From contig CAXXLQ010000004.1 of the NCBI GenBank assembly GCA_963668695.2, forward strand, positions 3,520,001 through 3,584,000: a DNA stretch of 64,000 bases. Reading direction: 5' to 3'. This document shows, piece by piece, positions 42,101 through 51,505 of the stretch. This stretch comes from Vicinamibacteria bacterium. Lineage in GTDB: Bacteria; Acidobacteriota; Vicinamibacteria; Marinacidobacterales; Marinacidobacteraceae. Position 1 is the stretch's first letter; the number at the start of each line of letters is the position of its first letter. The position numbers were made by a program, and so were the translations under genes. Below the pieces are notes generated by a model that was not told where the DNA came from, did no database searches, and saw only the letters and a list, made by a program, of their open reading frames with translations.

Positions 42101-42478
42101 GTGAGGGACACGGGTTCGCTCGCGGGCGTGGTGCTTCGGGTATGGGCCACTCCCCGCTCCTCCCCGGAACGGATCGGACGGCTCGCGGACGGACGGATCC
42201 GCGCCTACCTTTCGCCTCCACCGGAGCGGGGCAAGGCGAACGCCCGCCTGATCGCCCTCCTCGCAAAGCTGCTGCGGGTGCCGCGGGATTCGATCGAGAT
42301 CATTTCGGGAACGTCGCACCACCGGAAGCTGGTTCGGGTCGCCGGCTGCAGCGAGGCCGAGGTCACCGAGAGGATTCCGTCATTGCGATCAGGGCATTAC
42401 ACGGGTAGGACCGGAGCACGGCGGCGGACGCGGGGTGGCGCGGCGAAGAAGCGGGTGGGGGCGAAGGGGTCCGGCTGA
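42101..42478 (+). CDS. DUF167 (YggU/UPF0235) family protein
   Basis: PR.S, PPE.GKAN..LI.LLAK.L.V....I.I.SG..H..K.V. Confidence 0.85.
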   Translation: MRDTGSLAGVVLRVWATPRSSPERIGRLADGRIRAYLSPPPERGKANARLIALLAKLLRVPRDSIEIISGTSHHRKLVRVAGCSEAEVTERIPSLRSGHYTGRTGARRRTRGGAAKKRVGAKGSG

Positions 42479-42548
42479 CTCGCCGGCGGAGCGTTTCGCC
42501 ATCCCCGTGTGGGGTCCCGGCGATGGGCGAACGTGGCGGCGGGAGTTT

Positions 42549-42590
42549 CGCGGCCTGCGGCCGCGATGCCGGTCTGAAGACCGGCCCTCC
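42549..42590 (-). repeat. REP-like double hairpin
   Basis: CGCGGCC-TGC-GGCCGCG-AT-GCCGGTCTGAAGACCGGC. Confidence 0.7.
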
Positions 42591-42612
42591 TAGCCGTCCC
42601 CGCGCTTCTGCC

Positions 42613-43941
42613 CTACGGCAAGTGTTCTCTCGTCAGGTTGCGGGGGCCGGTGTCGGTGACCAGGACGTTGTCCTCGATGCGGACCCCGCCGTAGGGAGCC
42701 AAAGCATCGACTGCTTCCCAGTTGATGGCGTCCCGCCTCGACTCCGTCCCGTTTCGCCACTCGTCGAGCAGCATCTCGATGAAATAGATCCCGGGCTCCA
42801 CCGTCAGGACGTGACCCGGCTCGAGGGTCCGGGTGCTGCGGAGCATGGGGTGCGCCTTCGGCGGCGGGGCCCGGCGGCCGTCCGGGCCGGCGAGGTGGCC
42901 TCCGACGTCGTGCACCTGGATGCCCAGGAAGTGGCCGAGGCCATGAGGGAAGAACGCCTTACTAAGACCGCTCGCGACGGCATCTTCAGGCGACAGGTTG
43001 ATGACGTTTTCGTCCTTCAAGACGCCGGACAGGGACAGATGGGCCTCGTGGTGGAGGTCAGCCCAGGGGCGACCGGCTGTTACGCCTTCGCATAGCGCCT
43101 GCTGGGCACCCTCCATGGCGGTGATCAGGGAACAAAAGCGCCCGTCTGCCGTCGGGCCGGCGAAGGTTCGGGTGATGTCCGAGGCGTAGCCGCGGACCCG
43201 GGCTCCCGCATCGATGAGAAGGCTCTTTCCGTTCCGGACGTCCGGGCGCTTTCCCTCGTAGTGGAGGACCGCGCCCTTTTCGTTCAGACCGACGATCGTG
43301 GGGTACGGAAGGTCGGCCTCGAGGCCGCCGACCGCCGCGAGGAAGGCGCGATGGACTTCCAACTCGCTGCCGCCGTTTTGGAAAGCGGCTTCCGCCGCGA
43401 TGTGTCCCTCGGCCCCCAAGCGGTTCGCCTCGCTGATGCATTCGACCTCGTACGCGGTCTTGATGGCGCGCCTCCAATCCAGCCGGGTGAGGAGAGCCGG
43501 TGGGTTCTGCGCCAGACCGAGAGCTTCGGCCACCGCCCCGCTCTCGCCGATGGCGGCGGCGCGCCCCTTCGGAAGCCGCTTCGCGATCTCGGAGATCTGA
43601 CGTTTCCGGCTGCCGCACTCGACGATCTTGAAACCTTCAGTCCAGAAGGCGTCGCCGATCCGCTGGGGCTCGTACCAGAAGTCGTCGGGGGAAAAGGTTG
43701 CCAGCAACGGCTTCTTCCCCGGGCGGAGCAGGAGCAGGTGGCCGGGGCCCTCGAGGGGACAGAAATGGAGGAAGTGGGCGTTCGCCCGGTAGGGGGCGGG
43801 CTGGTCGTCGCGGAAGTAGAAGTACTGCCCGCCGGAAACCAGGACCAGAGCCGAGTACCCGGTGTTCCGGAGATCCTCGGCGATTCCTTCAAGGCGTATT
43901 CCAAGGTGCTCGCGAAAAGAGCTGGCAAGGGCGTCGGACAT
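42613..43941 (-). CDS. pepQ: Xaa-Pro dipeptidase (prolidase)
   Basis: DAGA....YASDITRT, PHGLGH.LG.QVHDVG, TVEPG.YF, GGVRIED. Confidence 0.93.
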   Translation of the reverse strand: MSDALASSFREHLGIRLEGIAEDLRNTGYSALVLVSGGQYFYFRDDQPAPYRANAHFLHFCPLEGPGHLLLLRPGKKPLLATFSPDDFWYEPQRIGDAFWTEGFKIVECGSRKRQISEIAKRLPKGRAAAIGESGAVAEALGLAQNPPALLTRLDWRRAIKTAYEVECISEANRLGAEGHIAAEAAFQNGGSELEVHRAFLAAVGGLEADLPYPTIVGLNEKGAVLHYEGKRPDVRNGKSLLIDAGARVRGYASDITRTFAGPTADGRFCSLITAMEGAQQALCEGVTAGRPWADLHHEAHLSLSGVLKDENVINLSPEDAVASGLSKAFFPHGLGHFLGIQVHDVGGHLAGPDGRRAPPPKAHPMLRSTRTLEPGHVLTVEPGIYFIEMLLDEWRNGTESRRDAINWEAVDALAPYGGVRIEDNVLVTDTGPRNLTREHLP

Positions 43942-43994
43942 GGTGCGCGGAGGATACGCATCCGAGGGCCGGTGGTCATGCCATGATTCCCCAC

Positions 43995-44855
43995 ATGGCC
44001 CTTCCGAGGCGCGCGGTCGGCCCGCTGCTCTTGCCTCTGGTCCTGCTGCTCGCTGCTTGCGGAGGGTCTGCGGGGAGCCCGGCGTCGGCGGCGGAACCCG
44101 TACCGACCCCTGCCCCGGCTCCGGAGCCCCCTCCCCCGCCGGAACCCGCCGCACCGGCCGTCTTCGGTTACCGGGTGGTCCAGGAATTCCCGCACGACCC
44201 GCAGGCGTTCACCCAGGGGCTCTTCTTCCACGAAGGATTCCTCTACGAGAGCACGGGACTCCGGGGTGAGTCCACCCTGCGGCGGGTGGATCTCGAGACC
44301 GGCGAAGTGCTGGAGGAACGCCGGCTGTTTTCCCAGTTCTTCGGAGAAGGCGCGGCGCTCGCCGGAGATTTCATCGTCCAGCTCACCTGGAAGGCGGGCA
44401 TCGGATTCGTCTACACCCTCGACCAGTTCCGTCTGGTGCGCGAGTTCCGCTATTCCGGTGAGGGCTGGGGGCTGACGTTCGACGGGGAACACCTGGTGAT
44501 GAGCGATGGTTCGGATTCCCTGCGCTTTCTGGATCCGGACACCTTGCGCGAAGTGCGGACGCTCAAGGTGACAGCGGACGGAGAGCCCCTCCCGCGACTG
44601 AACGAGCTGGAATGGATCGACGGAGAGATCTGGGCCAACATCTGGATGGATCAGCGGATCGCCCGAATCCGTCCGGACACCGGGGAGGTCACCGCTTTCG
44701 TGGACCTGACCGGCATCTTCCCAAGCTTCTGGCGGCTGCAATATCCGGAAATGGACGTCCTGAACGGCATCGCCTGGGACCCGGAAGGCGGCCGGGTCTT
44801 CGTCACCGGGAAGAAGTGGCCGACGCTCTTCGAAATCGAGCTGATCGAGAAGTAA
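43995..44855 (+). CDS. Glutaminyl-peptide cyclotransferase (lipoprotein)
   Basis: LLAAC lipobox, PHD..AFTQGL, ESTG..G.S, FGEG, QLTW, GEGWGL, LNELE, VLNGIA, TGK.WP. Confidence 0.95.
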   Translation: MALPRRAVGPLLLPLVLLLAACGGSAGSPASAAEPVPTPAPAPEPPPPPEPAAPAVFGYRVVQEFPHDPQAFTQGLFFHEGFLYESTGLRGESTLRRVDLETGEVLEERRLFSQFFGEGAALAGDFIVQLTWKAGIGFVYTLDQFRLVREFRYSGEGWGLTFDGEHLVMSDGSDSLRFLDPDTLREVRTLKVTADGEPLPRLNELEWIDGEIWANIWMDQRIARIRPDTGEVTAFVDLTGIFPSFWRLQYPEMDVLNGIAWDPEGGRVFVTGKKWPTLFEIELIEK

Positions 44856-44857
44856 GC

Positions 44858-45091
44858 GTGAGCTTCCCGAAGCGGCACCGGATCGGTTTCTGGGTCGCCC
44901 TCGCGGTACTCCTGCTGAGCATCTGGCCGCTCTATCCATGGGTGGCGGGCGTCGAGCCGCTGGTGCTCGGGATGCCGTTTTCGATGTTCTGGCTGGTCCT
45001 GATGATCGCGACGGTGTTTTTCACCTTCCTCACGATCTTCACCAAGGACCGGGATGACGACGAAGCCCTGGACAGGGAGTACCGCGACTAG
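44858..45091 (+). CDS. Small 2-TM partner of SSS transporter (DUF3311-like)
   Basis: P.VLGMPF.MFW, directly upstream of the SSS gene. Confidence 0.8.
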   Translation: MSFPKRHRIGFWVALAVLLLSIWPLYPWVAGVEPLVLGMPFSMFWLVLMIATVFFTFLTIFTKDRDDDEALDREYRD

Positions 45092-45093
45092 CG

Positions 45094-46638
45094 ATGGACG
45101 CCTGGGTCATCGTCTTCCTGACGACGCTCGCCTACCTGCTCATCACGCTGGCGATCGGGCTGGCGTCCGGCCGGAACGTCTCGAACACTCCCGAAGGGTA
45201 CGTTGCCGGCGACCGGAGCCTGGGCTTCCTCCTCCTCTACTTCATCATGGGGGCGTCCATCTACAGCGCCTTCGCCTTCCTGGGGGCGCCGGGCTGGGCC
45301 TACTCGCGCGGCGCGGCGGCGTTCTACATCGTCTCGTACGGGACGGTGGGCCTCCTGCCCTGGTATTTCCTCGGGCCCCGGATCGCGATACTCGGGCGCC
45401 GGTTCGGGTTCGTGACCCAGGCGGAGTTCTTCGCGTACCGGTTCGAAAGCCCCAAGGCGATTCCCGCGATCATGGCGATCATGAGCGCGGCGGCGCTCGT
45501 CCCCTATCTCGTGATCCAGATGAAGGGAGCGGGCTACGTCTTCTCGGTGGTGACCGAAGGTCGGATGCCCGAGTGGGCGGGCGCCGCGCTGGCCTACGGC
45601 GTGGTGCTCATCTACGTGGCCCGCAGCGGGGTCATGGGAGTCGGCTGGACGAACACCTTCCAGGGCATCCTGATGCTCGGCCTCGCCTGGGGGCTCGGGC
45701 TCTACCTCCCCTGGAAGCTTCATGGCGGCATCGGCCCGATGTTCCGAGAGCTGGCCGCGACGGCGCCGGAGATGCTGGTCGCCCCCGGCCTCGACGCCGC
45801 CGGAGAACCATGGAGTTTCGGGGCCTACTCGAGCGCGGTGGTGATCTCGGTGCTCGGCTTCTCGGTGTGGCCGCACTACTTCATGAAGATCTACGCGGCC
45901 CGGAGCGTCCGGACGCTCAAACGGATGGTGATCTTCTACCCGACCTTCCAGATCTTCCTGATCCCGGTGCTCTTTATCGGCTTCGCGGGCATCATGACCT
46001 ACCCCGGGGTGGAGCAGGCCGACACCATCCTGCCCACGATCCTCATGGATCTGGATCTGCCGGCGATCACCGTGGGCCTCTTCTGCGCCGGGGCGCTCGC
46101 GGCTTCGATGAGCTCGGGTGACGCGATCCTGCACGCCGGGGCCTCGGTGCTGGTCAAGGACCTCGAAATGCCGCTCCGCGGCGTCCGCCGGACGCCCGCC
46201 GCCGAGACGCGACTCATCCGCTGGACCGCGCTGGGGATGGGCTCGCTCGCCTACTACCTCGCGGTGGGGTCGGAGGCGTCCCTCGTCAGCCTCCTCCTCA
46301 TGTCCTACGGCGCGATCGCGCAGTTCTTCCCGCTGATGATCGCCGCCATGTTCTGGCGGCGGGCAAGCCGCGAGGGCGCGATCTACGGACTCCTCGCCGG
46401 CTGCGCAGTGACCCTGGCGCTCAACGTATGGCCTGACCTCGCGCTCCTCGGGATCCACCCGGGGATCTACGGGGCGCTCGCGAACGTGGCGGTCATGGTC
46501 TTCGTGTCGCGCCGCACCGACCCGCCGCCGCCGGAACGGATCGAGCCCTACATGATGCGCGCAGCGGCAGGGACCGCTGGCCGCCAAGCCGGCATCGCCG
46601 CCGAGAGCGGCGAAGCGAGGATCGCCGCGAGCCGGTGA
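45094..46638 (+). CDS. Sodium:solute symporter family protein
   Basis: Many TMs, Y.AG.RSLG, S.FAFLG.PG, WTN..QG, AA.MSS.D. Confidence 0.93.
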   Translation: MDAWVIVFLTTLAYLLITLAIGLASGRNVSNTPEGYVAGDRSLGFLLLYFIMGASIYSAFAFLGAPGWAYSRGAAAFYIVSYGTVGLLPWYFLGPRIAILGRRFGFVTQAEFFAYRFESPKAIPAIMAIMSAAALVPYLVIQMKGAGYVFSVVTEGRMPEWAGAALAYGVVLIYVARSGVMGVGWTNTFQGILMLGLAWGLGLYLPWKLHGGIGPMFRELAATAPEMLVAPGLDAAGEPWSFGAYSSAVVISVLGFSVWPHYFMKIYAARSVRTLKRMVIFYPTFQIFLIPVLFIGFAGIMTYPGVEQADTILPTILMDLDLPAITVGLFCAGALAASMSSGDAILHAGASVLVKDLEMPLRGVRRTPAAETRLIRWTALGMGSLAYYLAVGSEASLVSLLLMSYGAIAQFFPLMIAAMFWRRASREGAIYGLLAGCAVTLALNVWPDLALLGIHPGIYGALANVAVMVFVSRRTDPPPPERIEPYMMRAAAGTAGRQAGIAAESGEARIAASR

Positions 46639-46693
46639 GAAAGAAGCGCGAGGACCGCGGCCCTCGCAAAGCGTCTGTCTCTTCGAATGAACT

Positions 46694-46716
46694 GGTACAG
46701 TAAACTGTACGAGTAC
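46694..46716. promoter_or_regulatory. Palindromic operator of yefM-yoeB
   Basis: GTACAG-TAAA-CTGTAC followed by GAGTACTC, resembling TGTACA-type YefM operators. Confidence 0.6.
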
Positions 46717-46732
46717 TCAAGAGCCCGGACCG

Positions 46733-46984
46733 ATGGACACAATCACCTATTCGGACGCGCGCGCCAACCTGGCGAAAACGATGGAGCGGGTGTGTGACGA
46801 CCGCGCTCCGGTCGTCATCACGCGGAGAAACGCGAAACCCGTCGTGATGATGTCTCTCGACGACTACCACCAGTTCGACGAGACGGCCTATCTACTGCGG
46901 AGTCCGGAAAACGCCCGACGCATTCGGGAAGCGATCGCGGAACTTGCCGCCGGAGGCGGAACCGAGCGGGCTCTCGTGGAGTGA
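46733..46984 (+). CDS. yefM: YefM/Phd antitoxin
   Basis: ITYS.AR.NLA..M..V.DD..PV.ITR, ET.YLLRSP.NA.R. Confidence 0.93.
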   Translation: MDTITYSDARANLAKTMERVCDDRAPVVITRRNAKPVVMMSLDDYHQFDETAYLLRSPENARRIREAIAELAAGGGTERALVE

Positions 46985-47238
46985 AGCTCGTCTTCTCCGA
47001 AAGAGCCCGGGAGGACTATCTGCACTGGCAGGCCACCGATCGGGGTCGCCTCCAGCGTGTGAACCGGCTGATCAAGGACATCGTCCGATCTCCCTTCGAA
47101 GGGATCGGCCATCCGGAACCGTTGAAACACGAACTGGCCGGACTCTGGTCCCGGCGGGTGGATCGGGAACACCGACTGGTGTATTTCGCCCGGGAAGAGT
47201 CCGTCTACATCGTGCAGGCTCGGTACCACTACGAATGA
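46981..47238 (+). CDS. yoeB: Txe/YoeB toxin
   Basis: EDY..WQ..D, PFEGIG.PEPLK..L.G.WSRR...EHRLVY, RYHY. Confidence 0.95.
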   Translation: MKLVFSERAREDYLHWQATDRGRLQRVNRLIKDIVRSPFEGIGHPEPLKHELAGLWSRRVDREHRLVYFAREESVYIVQARYHYE

Positions 47239-47392
47239 AGGCGCCTTGCGTTTCGCGCCTCTCCAGGCCCCACGGGGCAGGTTTGGACCGGCCTGAAAGC
47301 TGGTACCCGCGACCGGGGCGGCAGGACTCGGATCGCGGCCGGCCAATCAGGGAATGTGGCGAGGAAATCACCCTCCGCCTCTTGTCGAGGGC

Positions 47393-48007
47393 ATGAGCAG
47401 CACGTCCTATCGCGAGGATCTGCGCCGGCTCCTCGCCGTATTCCACAGCCCGAGACGCACCGCCGCCGAGATCGGCAAGGCGCCAAGCGTCGGCGTGGTG
47501 GTCGCGGCGGTGCTGTCGATCTTCACCGTTGCCGCGGTCGCCAGAGAAACGTCCGGGCTTCCGACGCTCGGAGGTCCGCAAGGAACTTACCTTCTGCTCG
47601 CGGCGCTGGTGCTGATGGCGAGGCCCGTTGTCGCGTCTGCACTGTATCTCGTTGTGTTCAACTACTTCGGCGCCGAAGCTCGGTACCGGGTGATCCTGTC
47701 GGTGACCCTTCACGCCATGTGGGCCATCGTGGTTGGCATCATGGTGCTGGGGCCGCTGGCGCACCTCCTCTTCGATGGGCCTTTCCTTGGAATCAGGGAG
47801 TTTCTGATCTCCTCCATCGGGCTTGAAGAGCACAACGCCAGCCATCTGGCGCCCATGTTCCAACCGGTGGAAATCTGCAGGCTGCTGCTGACGGGGCTGG
47901 GCCTCGCCATCGCGCTCGGGACAACGCGCTCAATGTCTCTCGGCATCGTGTTCGCGGGATGGATCGGCTTCCACGCGGTTCCAGTGCTCCTGCTCTTCCA
48001 TTTTTGA
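47393..48007 (+). CDS. Yip1-like membrane protein
   Basis: VF.SP.RT..EI, multi-TM, YRVILSVT.HA. Related to 50615-51481. Confidence 0.65.
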   Translation: MSSTSYREDLRRLLAVFHSPRRTAAEIGKAPSVGVVVAAVLSIFTVAAVARETSGLPTLGGPQGTYLLLAALVLMARPVVASALYLVVFNYFGAEARYRVILSVTLHAMWAIVVGIMVLGPLAHLLFDGPFLGIREFLISSIGLEEHNASHLAPMFQPVEICRLLLTGLGLAIALGTTRSMSLGIVFAGWIGFHAVPVLLLFHF

Positions 48008-48120
48008 GGACGCCGGCGCGCCGAGTGCAACCAGTTGCGGGCCCCCAAGCCAATCTCTCCACCTGTCGTGGAGCCCCTCCGGGTAGCGATGCCCTGACAG
48101 AATCCGGCCGGAACTCGCCA

Positions 48121-50280
48121 ATGCACAAACCGTCGAAAGAAAACACCAGCTGCCCGCGGGCGCCGGTTCTCTCCCTGCTGCTCGCGGCCGGGCTCGCCTG
48201 GCCGGCGCTCGGGCTGGCACAGGGCGTCACCACCGCCGACCTCGAAACCGCCGCCGGGAACACCTCCGAGTGGCTCATGTACGGCCGCGACTACCTCGGC
48301 CAGCGCTACGTAGAGCTCGACCAGATCACCCCGGACAACGTGGAACGACTGGACCCGGTGTGGGTGTTCGCGGCCGGCGGAGCGAACCGGGGTCTCGAAG
48401 CCACGCCGCTGCTGCACGACGGGGTGATCTACCTCTCAGCGGACGAATCGCGCGTCTTTGCGATCGACGCGCGCACCGGCGGCAAGAAGTGGGGCTACGA
48501 CCCCGAGATCGGCTCCGACGTGGAACGGGTCTTTTGCTGCGGATCCATCAACCGCGGTGTGGCGCTCTACGGCGGGCTGGTGTACGTCGGCACCATGGAC
48601 GCCCGGCTGATCGCGCTCGACAAGGACACCGGCGAGCCAGTCTGGGAGGTCGAGGTCGCCGACTGGGAGCACGGCTACAGCATCACCGGCGCGCCGCTGG
48701 TGGTGAACGGATTGGTGCTCACCGGAATGGCCGGGGGCGAATACGGGGTTCGCGGGTTCGTGAAGGCCTACGACGCCGCGACCGGCGATCATCGCTGGAC
48801 GACCTACACCATCCCCGGACCCGGCGAACCCGGCAACGAAACCTGGCCGGGCGACACCTGGAAAAACGGCGGCGGCCCGACCTGGACCACCGGCGTCTTC
48901 GATCCGGAACTGAACCTCGTCTACTGGAACACCGGGAACGCCGCCCCCTGGAACTGCCACGTGCGGAAGGGCGACAACCAGTGGACCGCCGCAACCATCG
49001 CCATCGACCCTGACGACGGCAGCATCCGGTGGGGATTCCAGTACACCCCCTGGGACTGCTGGGACTACGACGCGGTCAGCACGCCGGTGCTCGCCGACGT
49101 GACGCTCCCCGGTCACGGCCCCGTCAAGGCGCTCTTCCACCACGACAAGAACGGCTTCTTCTACGCGCTCGACCGGACCGACGGGCGCTTCCTCTACGGT
49201 GACCCAATCGTCCCGGGGATCAACTGGGCCCACGGGCTCGACCCCGAGACCGGCCGACCCGACGTAAATCTCGACATGGTGGCGGAGTCGGGCGGCCCCG
49301 AGGTGGGACCCATCATCCCGAGCCTCGAAGGTGCGATCGACTGGCAACCACTCGCCTACAACCCGGGTCTCGGGGCGCTCTATTTCATGTCGAACCAGTG
49401 GGCGATGGGCTACCGGTTCTGGGAGGAGGACCAGTTCGAGCCGCCGACGCTCGGCGAGTGGTACCTCGGCGCGGACTACCAGCAGTACCTGACCAGCGAG
49501 AACCCGGGGAACTTCGTCGGCTTCGACGTGGTGAACCGCAAGGTGCTGTGGCGGGTGGTGAGCCCGGCGCCTTTCTGGGCGGGCGCAGTGGCCACTTCCA
49601 GCGGACTGGTGTTCACCGGGGACATGCGTGGCTACTTCATGGCGATCGACGCCGAGCGCGGCGAGGTGCTCTGGCAGTTCCAGACCGGCTCGGGAATCAT
49701 CGGCAGCCCGATCACCTACGAACTCGACGGCGTCCAGTACGTGGCCGTTCCCTCCGGGGGAATCGGCGGCGACATGACGTTCTACTACACCGAGCCGAAG
49801 GCCGGGAACCTGTGGGTGTTCGCGCTGGACGGCGCCCGCCCGGTGCGCGAACAGGCGGGAACGAATCTCGTCACGCTCCCGGGCGGCCTCCCGCGGGTGG
49901 GCGAACCGGGCGCCACCCTGGGTGGCCGCGTGCTGCCGGGGTATGGATTCCCGGCGACGGAAGGCAGCGAACCGCTCGCCACGACCACCCCTGCCGCGCC
50001 GGCGCCGGCGACCGAAGGAGAGCGCGCCAACCCGCTTCTGGGAGACGAAGAAGCCCTGGCTGCCGGCGAACGCATCTACCGCTCCCGTTGCGTGGGATGC
50101 CACCGGAGCGGCAGCGGCGCGGGGGAGAACGTGTTCCAGAGCCGGCTGACCCCCAACCGGTTCTTCGAAGTCGTGGCGCAGGGATCCGAAGCGAACCTCA
50201 TGCCGGCGTTCGGGGAGTTGCTGTCGGCCGAGGAGATCTGGCAGGTGCACGCCTACCTCATGTCCCGCGACCGGCCGTAG
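48121..50280 (+). CDS. PQQ-dependent dehydrogenase with C-terminal cytochrome c (quinohemoprotein)
   Basis: Signal peptide, vicinal CC..NRG, GGEYGVRG, GN..PW, WDYD, Trp-docking repeats, CVGCH and MPAF. Confidence 0.93.
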   Translation: MHKPSKENTSCPRAPVLSLLLAAGLAWPALGLAQGVTTADLETAAGNTSEWLMYGRDYLGQRYVELDQITPDNVERLDPVWVFAAGGANRGLEATPLLHDGVIYLSADESRVFAIDARTGGKKWGYDPEIGSDVERVFCCGSINRGVALYGGLVYVGTMDARLIALDKDTGEPVWEVEVADWEHGYSITGAPLVVNGLVLTGMAGGEYGVRGFVKAYDAATGDHRWTTYTIPGPGEPGNETWPGDTWKNGGGPTWTTGVFDPELNLVYWNTGNAAPWNCHVRKGDNQWTAATIAIDPDDGSIRWGFQYTPWDCWDYDAVSTPVLADVTLPGHGPVKALFHHDKNGFFYALDRTDGRFLYGDPIVPGINWAHGLDPETGRPDVNLDMVAESGGPEVGPIIPSLEGAIDWQPLAYNPGLGALYFMSNQWAMGYRFWEEDQFEPPTLGEWYLGADYQQYLTSENPGNFVGFDVVNRKVLWRVVSPAPFWAGAVATSSGLVFTGDMRGYFMAIDAERGEVLWQFQTGSGIIGSPITYELDGVQYVAVPSGGIGGDMTFYYTEPKAGNLWVFALDGARPVREQAGTNLVTLPGGLPRVGEPGATLGGRVLPGYGFPATEGSEPLATTTPAAPAPATEGERANPLLGDEEALAAGERIYRSRCVGCHRSGSGAGENVFQSRLTPNRFFEVVAQGSEANLMPAFGELLSAEEIWQVHAYLMSRDRP

Positions 50281-50459
50281 CAGCCTGTGGTGGAACTCGC
50301 GTGAGCGCCGAGAGCGGGGAGGCGCCCGGCTGACAAGGCGCGTGAGGGAGGAATACCGGGTGTATTTCGACCGAAACGCAACGCAGAACGGAGCGAAGCG
50401 GAGTGGTTCAGCCGGGATGCATCGCCGCTCGAACGCCGCGTGAGTTCCACCACAGGCTG
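50281..50459 (+). mobile_element. MITE-like element, minimal copy without micro-insert
   Basis: Perfect 18-bp TIR CAGCCTGTGGTGGAACTC. Inserted at the TAG stop of the PQQ gene (GTAG/CTAG flanks). Confidence 0.92.
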
Positions 50460-50614
50460 CTAGGCCCGGGGCAACGGCTGGACGACTCCCGTTCCGGCAT
50501 CTAACTCGTTGACGTGCCGGACGCGAACCGCCGCAATGTGGTTCGCTCCTTCCGATATCCTCACCTCAGGTGCCTGTCTGCGCACCCGACCCGGCGTCCC
50601 ACAAGGAATCCCGC

Positions 50615-51481
50615 ATGAACGCACGATCCCCATCGTCGGACCTCGGCTCCCTCCCCCACGAAGGGCCCGATGTCTCTCCGCGGAAGGGTCCGGGCGCCGA
50701 TCGTCGCTTCCATGGGAAGCAGCGCGATCCGGGCGCCCTGGGCCGGCTCCTTTCCGTCTTCCACGCGCCGGGCCGTACGTTCGCCGAACTTGCCCGGTCG
50801 CCAACGATTGCGGCGGCGCTGATCGCCACCGCCCTGGCCGGCGCCTTCGAGGCAACCGCAGTGAGCCGGGCGACCGACCTGGACGCCATGGCCCGCCATG
50901 TGTTCGAACAGCAGATGGATCGGATGCCGGGGTCGGTCACCCGCAACATGTCCGAGGCCGACCAGCGGCTAATCTTCGAGAGTTCGCAGGAGGCGCTGCG
51001 GTTGACCCGCAACTTCGCGCCGGTCCTCGGCGCGGTCGGCGCGCTGATCGCTCCGCTCGCCGCCGCCGCCGTCTTCCTGCTGGTGTTCGGCCTCCTCGGC
51101 GCCCAGGGCAGTTATCGCGTCATCCTGGCGACGGTGGTCCACGCCGGCTGGCCCGCGGTCGCCACCAGTTCTCTCCTCACCGGCCTGGTGGCCTGGGTCT
51201 CCTACCCGCTGACGCCGGAGCGGGCGGAAGCCCCCCTGCGGAGCAATCTGGCGGCGGTCGTCAGCGGGCTCGACGGCGCCGCGCAGGCGGTGGCTTCGCG
51301 GGTGGACCTCTTCCTCGCCTGGGAGGTCATCCTGACCGGCATCGGCTTCGCGATCGTTCTCGGGGTGACCCGTCGCCGTTCGTTCACGGTCGTGGTCTCG
51401 CTCTGGGCGCTCGTCACCGCCGTCGTGGTCGGGATGGCGCTCGCGGTGAGAGCAATGTCGTTCACCATCGGCGTCTCCTGA
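50615..51481 (+). CDS. Yip1 family membrane protein
   Basis: VF.AP.RTF..L...P, 5 TMs, upstream of MacAB-like genes. Confidence 0.8.
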   Translation: MNARSPSSDLGSLPHEGPDVSPRKGPGADRRFHGKQRDPGALGRLLSVFHAPGRTFAELARSPTIAAALIATALAGAFEATAVSRATDLDAMARHVFEQQMDRMPGSVTRNMSEADQRLIFESSQEALRLTRNFAPVLGAVGALIAPLAAAAVFLLVFGLLGAQGSYRVILATVVHAGWPAVATSSLLTGLVAWVSYPLTPERAEAPLRSNLAAVVSGLDGAAQAVASRVDLFLAWEVILTGIGFAIVLGVTRRRSFTVVVSLWALVTAVVVGMALAVRAMSFTIGVS

Positions 51482-51505
51482 AGCGAATCCCTTGAAGCGA
51501 ATCCC

